In this document: positions 57,194-64,000 of the stretch, piece by piece
How the letters are laid out: the number at the start of each line of letters is the position of its first letter
Position numbering within the stretch: the stretch's first letter is position 1
Assembly: GCA_001771135.1 (NCBI GenBank)
Contig: MESW01000006.1
Span: forward strand, 4,870-68,869
Length of the DNA: 64,000 nucleotides
From: a candidate division CPR3 bacterium GWF2_35_18
Lineage (GTDB): Bacteria; Patescibacteriota; CPR3; GWF2-35-18
Direction: 5' to 3'
Made by a program: the position numbers and the translations under genes
The notes under the pieces: model-generated
Seen by the model: the letters and a program-made list of their open reading frames with translations, nothing else
Database searches by the model: none
Told to the model about the DNA's origin: nothing

Positions 57194-57796
57194 TCATTTA
57201 TTCTTGAAAACTTTTTTATCTTTTTGAAATTTATTTATATTAATAATTTTAGGGAAAAGCATTGGGGTTTTTTCTTTATATTTTTCATAGTCTTTTCCAA
57301 ACCAAAGGGAAAGTCTTCTTTCTTCTCGATTTTGAATATATTCATAAAAAACAACACTTAATATGGGTATAATCCATAAAACAGTCATTAAAGATCCATT
57401 GTAAAAACCAAAGGCTACTAAAATAAAGAGATAACCTAAAGTCATTGGATGCCTAACAATAGAATATGGTCCATAAGTTGAAAGTTTTTTTGGATTAAAC
57501 CCGGGAAGAGGAAAAAAAGAAAAGGGAAAACAATCAGAATAAAAATAAAGGGTATAAAAAGACCATAAAACTAAACCTCCCCCAAAAGAAGCAAAAACAA
57601 TAGAAATTATAATAGACCAATTAGTATAAAAGATTACAGAAGAGATATCTAATAAGTATCCAAAAACTAAAACGTCTAAATTTTTTCCAATGAGTAAAAC
57701 TAAATAAGGAACTATAACTAGATAAATAGCAATATACCACATATAGGATATTACATAAATGAAAAAGTTTTTGATAAAGATAATTATTTTTTTCAT
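57194..57796 (-). CDS. membrane methyltransferase of the ICMT/PEMT (isoprenylcysteine carboxyl methyltransferase) family
   Basis: Multi-pass. C-terminal motif YGPYSIVRHPMTLGYLFILVAFG is typical of the ICMT/PEMT family. Confidence 0.6.
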   Translation of the reverse strand: MKKIIIFIKNFFIYVISYMWYIAIYLVIVPYLVLLIGKNLDVLVFGYLLDISSVIFYTNWSIIISIVFASFGGGLVLWSFYTLYFYSDCFPFSFFPLPGFNPKKLSTYGPYSIVRHPMTLGYLFILVAFGFYNGSLMTVLWIIPILSVVFYEYIQNREERRLSLWFGKDYEKYKEKTPMLFPKIININKFQKDKKVFKNK

Positions 57797-57930
57797 GTAT
57801 ATAAAGATTTAAAAAAATACTCTTAAAATTATACCCGAATCTTTCTATATTTTAAACACTTTTTTTAAAAACGAGAATTATCTATTTATATGTTCAACTA
57901 TTAGTAAGGAAAGGGGAGAATTAAAAACGA

Positions 57931-59283
57931 TTATTCTCGATAAAGTAAGGATAGAGAAATAAAAACAGAAAATATTAAATTCCCTTGAAACAAAGAGTAA
58001 AAGTAATGATCCCAAAATGAAGCAATTATAAAAAGAATACAAAAAATTATTAAAAATAGTCGGAAAAAGTTTTTTTCTTTATCAATAAATAAATCTATTT
58101 GAAGAAATAAACCAAACAATAAAATAAAAAGAAATAATATAAAAACAATAATTCCATTTTCAGAAAGAAATAAAAGATAAAAATTATGAACAGGTTGAAC
58201 AAAAGAATAAAGATTTGAAAAATCATCTGAATTAAACTGAAAAAGAAAGCGATTTAAACCAACACCTTTAATTATATTTTTCTCAATTGAACGAATTGCA
58301 ATTTCATTTAAAAAATATCTTCTTTCTAAACTAGAATAGTCAGATAAAAGCAATGAGTTTGTTCTAATGATAAATAAAGGGGATATCATTAAAATAATTA
58401 TAATTATAAATACAGCGAAAAGCTTGTTCTTACTTTTTAAACGAGTTTCAAGTTTATCCCTATGGATGAAAGAAAGATAAATAGAGGAGATTATAATATT
58501 TATAAAAAATAATAGGTAGCCGATTTTACTAAAAAGCAAGGCAATAGCAAGGGTGTTAATTAAAAAAATAAAGAGGTATCTTTTTTGTCTTTTTATAAAT
58601 AATAAATATATATTTAAAGAACTAATTAAAGATACATAGAAGGCTATAATGTTTGGGTGGGGAAAAGTTGCCCCTGGCCTTATAATATTAAAACCGTTTA
58701 AATAGAATGTGGCTAGTCCAGAAGTATTAGAATTAAAATCCCATTCTCCTAAAAATTTAAAACCTAATGATTGTTGTAATATAAATTCTCCAATTACAAT
58801 TAAAGAAATAAGTAAAGAAGATAGACTAAAAATAATCGTGATTTTTTTAACATCTAAAAAATTTTTCTTTTGAATTAAAATCGAAACAATTAAAAATATA
58901 TATTCTATGACTCGTAAATATTTAATAATAAAGATTTTATCTTTTAAATACTGATGGTTAAAAAATAAAAGAAGGGGAATAAATAATAAAAACATAAGCG
59001 ATATTATTTTTTGATATTTAGAGATAACTTTAGAGTTTCTTTTTTTTAGAAAAGATATTAAGCTAAATAGGATGAATATTATAATTAAAAAGTCTTGGAT
59101 ATAAATTGTTGGTAAAAAATAATCAATAATTTTTCCGTTTAGAATTGATTCTGAAATAAAAAAATGCTTACTGGTTTTAAATGGAATTAAAAATAATAAA
59201 ATATAGAATGTTAAAGTTTTAATTTTTTCCACATTAAAAATTTTCTTAATCCATTTTTTTAAATATAAATAATTAGTAATCAT
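57931..59283 (-). CDS. polytopic membrane protein, O-antigen ligase/polymerase (Wzy/WaaL)-like
   Basis: About 12 TM helices, extremely AT-rich. A large loop near the C-terminal third. Assignment by topology and context only. Confidence 0.35.
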   Translation of the reverse strand: MITNYLYLKKWIKKIFNVEKIKTLTFYILLFLIPFKTSKHFFISESILNGKIIDYFLPTIYIQDFLIIIFILFSLISFLKKRNSKVISKYQKIISLMFLLFIPLLLFFNHQYLKDKIFIIKYLRVIEYIFLIVSILIQKKNFLDVKKITIIFSLSSLLISLIVIGEFILQQSLGFKFLGEWDFNSNTSGLATFYLNGFNIIRPGATFPHPNIIAFYVSLISSLNIYLLFIKRQKRYLFIFLINTLAIALLFSKIGYLLFFINIIISSIYLSFIHRDKLETRLKSKNKLFAVFIIIIILMISPLFIIRTNSLLLSDYSSLERRYFLNEIAIRSIEKNIIKGVGLNRFLFQFNSDDFSNLYSFVQPVHNFYLLFLSENGIIVFILFLFILLFGLFLQIDLFIDKEKNFFRLFLIIFCILFIIASFWDHYFYSLFQGNLIFSVFISLSLLYRE

Positions 59284-59511
59284 AATTATAATGACTAGGG
59301 ATATGTGTAGTACTTAGTAAAAAGTTGATTGTAATAACCATTATTCCGTATTATTTAATGTTGATAACTTTTAAGTTTATGTAATCAAATTTGTAGTCAA
59401 AAATATTGATATAAAGCCATAATTATCTGTGCATAAATTCAGTAAAATGTGAATAAAATTGTGGATAATTTCTGGATAACATTTTATACAAATAAACTAC
59501 AAAAACCCTCT
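59284..59511. promoter_or_regulatory. DnaA-box cluster downstream of dnaA (possible second half of a bipartite oriC)
   Basis: Perfect DnaA box TGTGGATAA at 59460..59468. A near-consensus CTGGATAAC follows 3 nt later. AT-rich surroundings. Confidence 0.45.
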
Positions 59512-60855
59512 TTAATTAAAAAGGATTTTCTTTAAAGATATAATTTCATGATACTTATTTGAATTTATGTCTTTAACCTCATTTTCTGTTTTTTCAATTG
59601 AGTACATTATTGTGGTATGATCCCGATGTCCTAAATATTCTCCGATTTGAGTAAGGGGCATATTAACCTCTTTTCTTAGTAAATACGCAAGGGTTTGTCT
59701 AGGAACAACAAAATTTGCTTTTCGACTTTTCCCTTTAAGATCTTTAATTGTAATTCCATAAAATTCTGAGACAGTGGTTGTAATTACTTCAGGGGTTATT
59801 CTTTTTTGGTTTTTTTCCACTCTTTTTCCTAGTAATTTTTGAGCATCTTCAATCGTAACCTCTTTTCTTTGAAAAAGAGCGATTGTTGTAAGTTGACTCA
59901 AAACACCCTCAAGCTTGCGAACATTTTCAGTAACATTTTCAGCAATATATTGGACAACAACCTGATTGAGATGAATATTTTTCTCTTCACATTTAGCGTT
60001 TAAAATTGCCATTCGAGTTTCATAGTCTGGGGGTTGAACATCAACAGTTAGTCCTCCTTCAAAACGGGAAACAAGTCTCTCTTCCAGTTTATTTATTTCG
60101 CGAGGGGGTTTATCTGAAGTTAAAATGATCTGCTTATTTTCACTATAAAGAGTGTTAAAGGTGTGAAAAAACTCTTCCTGTGAAGCCTCTTTTCCTGCAA
60201 AAAACTGAATATCATCAATTATTAAAACATCTGCCTGTCGGTATTTTTCTCTAAAGACACTGGTTTGATTTTTTTGGATCGCAATAATAAGTTCGTTAGT
60301 AAATTTTTCTGAGGATAAATAGAATATTTTTTTCTGGGGATCATTTTTTAAAATCTCATTTCCAATTGAGCATATTAGATGGGTTTTTCCAAGTCCAACC
60401 CCACCATAAATAAAAAATGGATTATAAACACGACCTGGATTTTCGGTAATTGCTTTTGCTGCAGCTACTGCTAAATTGTTTGAAGGGCCAATAACAAAAG
60501 TAGAGAAAAAGTATTTTTGGTTTATCAGAGGTTTTTCTTTATAGAGAAAATTAGAAGGTTCATAGGTATTGTTGAAAAAAGGTGTTTTTACCTGAGTTTG
60601 TTTTATTTCCTCTTTGACTTCAAGTAAAACATGAAGATCTTTTTCAAATGAGGTAATACAAACATCCTCTAAGATTTCGAGGTAATTATTTTTTTCCAAA
60701 ACTTCTTTAGTGTAGTGATTTGGACAGTAAATGTAAACATTTGAATTTACAATCTCTTTTAAACGTAAATCTTTAAACCAGGTTTTATAAATAGCTGGAG
60801 AGATGCTTATCTTGAGATCAGAAAGTATCTTTTGCCAGATCTTTTGTGTGTTCAT
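59512..60855 (-). CDS. dnaA: chromosomal replication initiator DnaA
   Basis: Walker A GGVGLGKTHL. Walker B LIIDDIQF. Sensor/box VII. C-terminal DnaA-box-binding helix-turn-helix (…VVPRQTLAYLLRKEVNMPLTQIGEYLGHRDHTTIMYSIEK). Confidence 0.95.
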   Translation of the reverse strand: MNTQKIWQKILSDLKISISPAIYKTWFKDLRLKEIVNSNVYIYCPNHYTKEVLEKNNYLEILEDVCITSFEKDLHVLLEVKEEIKQTQVKTPFFNNTYEPSNFLYKEKPLINQKYFFSTFVIGPSNNLAVAAAKAITENPGRVYNPFFIYGGVGLGKTHLICSIGNEILKNDPQKKIFYLSSEKFTNELIIAIQKNQTSVFREKYRQADVLIIDDIQFFAGKEASQEEFFHTFNTLYSENKQIILTSDKPPREINKLEERLVSRFEGGLTVDVQPPDYETRMAILNAKCEEKNIHLNQVVVQYIAENVTENVRKLEGVLSQLTTIALFQRKEVTIEDAQKLLGKRVEKNQKRITPEVITTTVSEFYGITIKDLKGKSRKANFVVPRQTLAYLLRKEVNMPLTQIGEYLGHRDHTTIMYSIEKTENEVKDINSNKYHEIISLKKILFN

Positions 60856-61224
60856 GTTTACAAAAAATATTAATGAAGGATAAATTTAGTATATATTGGT
60901 AAAGATATTTGTAGAGGCAGTAATTAGAAATTTTTATTGTGTGGAAAAATATATCACACCTGTGGATAACTAACAAGATATAAAAACAGTAATCAGATAA
61001 AATATTAAGATATCAACCATAATAAGGGTCTTGAATAAAAAAATTGTTATCAGTAATTTCATTAATTGTATTTCTGGAAATAGGTTCTTTTGACAATCAA
61101 GATGAAGGTTTGGTATATTAGAGCAGCAAAAAACTTATTTATTCAACTAATTTAAGAATAAAAATAGAGCTCATATAAAGAAAAAGAACCAAATTTTTAC
61201 ACATATAAGATTTTAAGGAAAATT
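60856..61224. promoter_or_regulatory. oriC-like region / dnaA-rpmH divergent promoter region
   Basis: Perfect DnaA box TGTGGATAA at 60961..60969. Degenerate TGTGGAAAA about 20 nt upstream of it. Long AT tracts at 61120-61220. Confidence 0.55.
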
Positions 61225-61362
61225 ATGACGAAAAGAACTTACCAACCAAAAAAGAAAAAAAGACAGACTACACACGGTTTCCGTTCTCGAATGGCTTCTT
61301 CTACAGGTAAAAATGTTTTAAAAAGAAGAAGATTAAAAAAAAGAAAATCACTAACCGTTTAA
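61225..61362 (+). CDS. rpmH: 50S ribosomal protein L34
   Basis: [45 protein letters not shown]. Too short for the ORF track. Canonical position upstream of rnpA. Confidence 0.9.
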   Translation: MTKRTYQPKKKKRQTTHGFRSRMASSTGKNVLKRRRLKKRKSLTV

Positions 61363-61570
61363 TATACCCGAATTCACCTAAATTGCAATTTAAAATGGCG
61401 GTAATTCAGGTCTACTTAACTACATTTTTGCAAAACTATGGAAGTTGAGTATATTAAGATTTTGTTTGTTATTTAGGGAAGCTTATTTCTGATAGTAATC
61501 TAACTTCCTCTTTAATCTTAATTTTTGGTATAGCGAGGCTGTTCTTTAGTTATTAATAAAACTTTAGTAT

Positions 61571-61924
61571 ATGTATCCTTATCAAAATAGGGTAGTTAGT
61601 GAAAAAGATTTTTATTTTGTTAGAAACAAAGGTAAGCGTTTTCACTGTTCATTTTTTTCAATTTTTTTAATAGAAAATCCTTCTTTTAAAATAAATAAAA
61701 TTGGTTTCATTGTTTCTAATAAAGAAGGAAAGGCCGTTTTTAGAAACCGGATTAAACGCAAACTGCGAGATTTATTTTACTCATGGCTGAATATTGAAAA
61801 TAGATTTATGATGGTAGTTATTGGAAGAGAAAAATGTTTAAAAGCTTCCACTCAGGATTTGTTGATGTTTAAAGATAAAGCCGAAAAATATTTTGAGTTC
61901 AAAAAAATAAAAGAGACAGCGTGA
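61571..61924 (+). CDS. rnpA: ribonuclease P protein component
   Basis: [16 protein letters not shown] is the RNR motif. 117 aa. rpmH-rnpA-yidD-yidC synteny. Confidence 0.9.
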   Translation: MYPYQNRVVSEKDFYFVRNKGKRFHCSFFSIFLIENPSFKINKIGFIVSNKEGKAVFRNRIKRKLRDLFYSWLNIENRFMMVVIGREKCLKASTQDLLMFKDKAEKYFEFKKIKETA

Positions 61925-62169
61925 AAAAAATCATTATTAAATTAATTAAACTTTATCAGGAATATTTATCTCTAGATCAAGGATTTTTACGGAATTTAGT
62001 TCTTGGGAAGAATTCTCAGATTGTCATTTGTCGGTATCAACCTACCTGTTCCGATTATACCTATCAGGCGGTTGAAAAGTATGGTGTTATTAAAGGTTTA
62101 TTTTTAGGTTCTAAAAGGGTGCTTAGATGTCATCCGCTTGCCAAAGGAGGCTATGATCCACTTCCATGA
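61921..62169 (+). CDS. yidD: membrane protein insertion efficiency factor YidD
   Basis: [46 protein letters not shown] is the YidD signature. Confidence 0.9.
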   Translation: MKKIIIKLIKLYQEYLSLDQGFLRNLVLGKNSQIVICRYQPTCSDYTYQAVEKYGVIKGLFLGSKRVLRCHPLAKGGYDPLP

Positions 62170-62882
62170 GTAATTTTTTTCATACTATATTTTATGTTCC
62201 AATAGAAACGTCGTTAATGTTTTTTTACCACTTAACTGGCGATAATTTAGGATATGCCGTTATTTTACTGACAATCACCATTCGTTTAATTTTAATTCCA
62301 CTTACAATACCATCACTTCGTTCTGCTCAAAAAATGCAGGTGATTAAACCGGAACTTGATGAACTTAAAAGAAGACATGGAAAAGATCCCCAAAGAATGC
62401 AAAAAGAGCAGCTGGATCTTTACAAAAAACACGGAATTAATCCCGCAACCGGTTGCTTACCGATTTTACTACAACTGCCAATTTTAATTTTTCTTTATAA
62501 TGTTTTAACCAACGTTTTAAAAAGCGACGTTGTAAATCCGATGTTTTTTATTTTTAATCTTAGAGAACCAGATCAGTATTTTATTCTTCCTGTTCTGGCT
62601 GCTGTGTCTCAATTTATTCTTTCTTTTATGATGTCTCCAGTTCCTGGAAAAAAAGATGTTCAAAAAGAGAAAAAGGAAGCGGATTTTGCCGATTCTCTTA
62701 CTGGAGCGTTGCAAACCCAGAATTTATATGTGATGCCCTTGCTTTGGTTTTTTATGCTTTTAAAGCTTCCTTCCGGAATTGGTATTTATTGGGTGTTTTC
62801 AACAATTTTCAGTTTTGTACAACAATGGATTTTTATTGGTCCAGGAAGACTGACCACAATTTTTAACCGAAAAAAATCTTAA
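62166..62882 (+). CDS. yidC: YidC/Oxa1 family membrane protein insertase (short, monoderm type)
   Basis: …[28 protein letters not shown]… is conserved YidC TM2/TM3 sequence. 238 aa. Confidence 0.9.
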   Translation: MSNFFHTIFYVPIETSLMFFYHLTGDNLGYAVILLTITIRLILIPLTIPSLRSAQKMQVIKPELDELKRRHGKDPQRMQKEQLDLYKKHGINPATGCLPILLQLPILIFLYNVLTNVLKSDVVNPMFFIFNLREPDQYFILPVLAAVSQFILSFMMSPVPGKKDVQKEKKEADFADSLTGALQTQNLYVMPLLWFFMLLKLPSGIGIYWVFSTIFSFVQQWIFIGPGRLTTIFNRKKS

Positions 62883-62897
62883 TTAAAGGAGTTTTTT

Positions 62898-63401
62898 ATG
62901 GATAATACTGAAGCTTTTCTACAGGAATTAACCGAAAAGGTTGTTTCCCTTTTTGGTTTTACCAAAGAGAGTTTTTCAATTTCAAAAGGTGAGGAAGATA
63001 ATTTTAACATTACAATTCAAGAAAGCGAAGACTCTGGGTTCTTGATTGGTTATCATGGTAAAACGTTAGAAGCGATTCAATTTATTCTAACCTTAATACT
63101 GTTTTATAAAAATGATAAATGGCAAAGAGTTTCTTTAGAAGTGGGGGATTATAAAAAGAAAAAGATTGTATATCTTGAAAGTTTGGCGGAAAAAGCCATT
63201 GAAAAAGCTAAATTTTTAAAAGAAACAGTTTCTCTGTCTCCAATGACTCCTGCTGAAAGAAGAATTGTACATCTTTATCTTAAAAGTCGAAATGATATTT
63301 CTTCCTCTTCCGAAGGGGAAGGTTTTGATCGACATATAGTCATCTCTCCCAAAAAAGAGAATGAAGAACTTTTATCAGAAGAAACAATAGCATCAAACTA
63401 A
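62898..63401 (+). CDS. jag: Jag/KhpB-type RNA-binding protein (KH plus R3H domains)
   Basis: KH-like GYHGKTLEAIQFIL. R3H SPMTPAERRIVHLYLK. Follows yidC, as SpoIIIJ-associated Jag does. Confidence 0.85.
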   Translation: MDNTEAFLQELTEKVVSLFGFTKESFSISKGEEDNFNITIQESEDSGFLIGYHGKTLEAIQFILTLILFYKNDKWQRVSLEVGDYKKKKIVYLESLAEKAIEKAKFLKETVSLSPMTPAERRIVHLYLKSRNDISSSSEGEGFDRHIVISPKKENEELLSEETIASN

Positions 63402-63413
63402 AAAGGGAGGATT

Positions 63414-64000
63414 ATGAAAGTCCAAGTATTACAAGATTCTCTAAGTAAAGCTTTATCCCTAGCTTCTCACGTGGTTTCAAGCAAACCAAACTTGCCAATT
63501 TTGGGAAATATTTATTTAGAAGCCGAAAAAGACAAACTGATTATTTCAGGAACAGACCTAGATGTTGGAATAAAGCTATCGATTAAAGCTGAAGTTTCGG
63601 AATCGGGTTCAATTGCAGTTCCATCTAGACTGTTTGTGGATTTTATCTCCTCAATTACCTCAGGGAAAATTAGTCTTGAAACTGAAGGTTTGGTTTTAAA
63701 GGTTCAAAGTGGAATATATAGTTCGAGCTTCAACTGTCTAGATGGAGATGAATTTCCTGCTTTTCCGGAAAAGGGTAAAGAAATAGAAGTGGATTTTGAG
63801 TCAAAGACTTTTAAAGAGGCTTTAGGCAAGATTCTTTTTTCCGCTTCAACCGATCTTTCCCGGCAAGTTTTGACTGGAGTTTTATTTGAATTTCAAAAGA
63901 AGCAGGTTACGCTAGTCACCACTGACGGATTTCGATTATCTTCATACCTATTAGTCGGAGATTATGATAAAATCGACAATTTTATTATTCCAGCCCGGGG
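63414..64000 (+). CDS. dnaN: DNA polymerase III beta sliding clamp, 5' portion (continues beyond window end)
   Basis: MKVQVLQDSLSKALSLASHVVSSKPNLPILGNIYLEAEKDKLIISGTDLDVGIKLSIKAEVSESGSIAVPSRLF… matches DnaN domain I. RBS GGGAGG 6 nt upstream. Absent from the ORF track because no stop falls inside the window. Confidence 0.9.
   Translation, partial: MKVQVLQDSLSKALSLASHVVSSKPNLPILGNIYLEAEKDKLIISGTDLDVGIKLSIKAEVSESGSIAVPSRLFVDFISSITSGKISLETEGLVLKVQSGIYSSSFNCLDGDEFPAFPEKGKEIEVDFESKTFKEALGKILFSASTDLSRQVLTGVLFEFQKKQVTLVTTDGFRLSSYLLVGDYDKIDNFIIPAR

Overview
This is an AT-rich (about 33% GC) bacterial chromosomal window that ends in the replication-origin neighbourhood. Its gene content (small YidC, many surface and glycosylation genes) suggests a reduced-genome monoderm organism, possibly Patescibacteria/CPR; that assignment is inference.

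From start to end the window contains:
- 1-3.9 kb: a decayed integrated element at tRNA-Asn. It holds a partial M23 peptidase, a tail-fibre-like protein, a 5'-truncated ORF and a serine-recombinase fragment that runs into the tRNA.
- 4-14 kb: small accessory genes (CBM-like, SUKH-like, MbfA-like ferritin/VIT) and housekeeping genes (rpoD, dnaG, Nudix, ABC exporter, mscL, an AlkD-like alkylation repair enzyme).
- 14-19.4 kb: a tRNA block (Ser-GGA, Arg-CCG, Ser-CGA, Arg-GCG, Ser-GCU) interleaved with a frameshifted, nonsense-mutated immunity-like pseudogene and a 1006-aa protein carrying two GGDEF domains. Two of the tRNA-Ser genes carry a perfect 3' hairpin and a 14-nt duplicate of their 3' end.
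- 19.4-21 kb: comF, a GIY-YIG nuclease and a single-domain response regulator.
- 20.9-23.5 kb: a very AT-rich two-gene islet (one product has a PD-(D/E)xK-like motif) abutting the 3' end of tmRNA (ssrA). smpB follows, bracketed by two copies of a 175-bp repeat that sit directly upstream of smpB and of ssrA.
- 23.5-28.6 kb: envelope proteins (a PP2C-like/beta-propeller membrane protein and a coiled-coil SpoIID/LytB protein).
- 28.6-37.2 kb: a glycosylation cluster (two paralogous GT-C-like membrane proteins, a SAM methyltransferase, GT2, a DPM1-like polyprenyl-phosphate sugar synthase, a PMT/GT39-like transferase).
- 35-52.6 kb, interleaved with and following that cluster: the most unusual locus. 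It has three paralogous small signal-peptide 'pilin-like' proteins with a conserved C-terminal Y-I-T-A-G-D-D-P-K-K-I plus TM motif, two of them Cys-rich. It also has a 1689-aa protein with a VirB6/TrbL-like polytopic C-terminal region, a 522-aa soluble protein, a 1688-aa secreted protein (three Ig-like repeats, a Cys-rich core, two tandem M23 peptidase domains), a TM protein and a lysozyme/Rpf-like protein. No secretion ATPase is present in the window.
- 52.7-64 kb: udk, a surface-polysaccharide group (an SDR epimerase fused to a large extracytoplasmic domain, Wzz-like, ICMT-like and Wzy-like proteins), then dnaA on the minus strand with DnaA boxes on both sides, and rpmH-rnpA-yidD-yidC-jag-dnaN on the plus strand. 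dnaN is therefore uncoupled from dnaA.

No CRISPR array, rRNA or intact transposase was seen.
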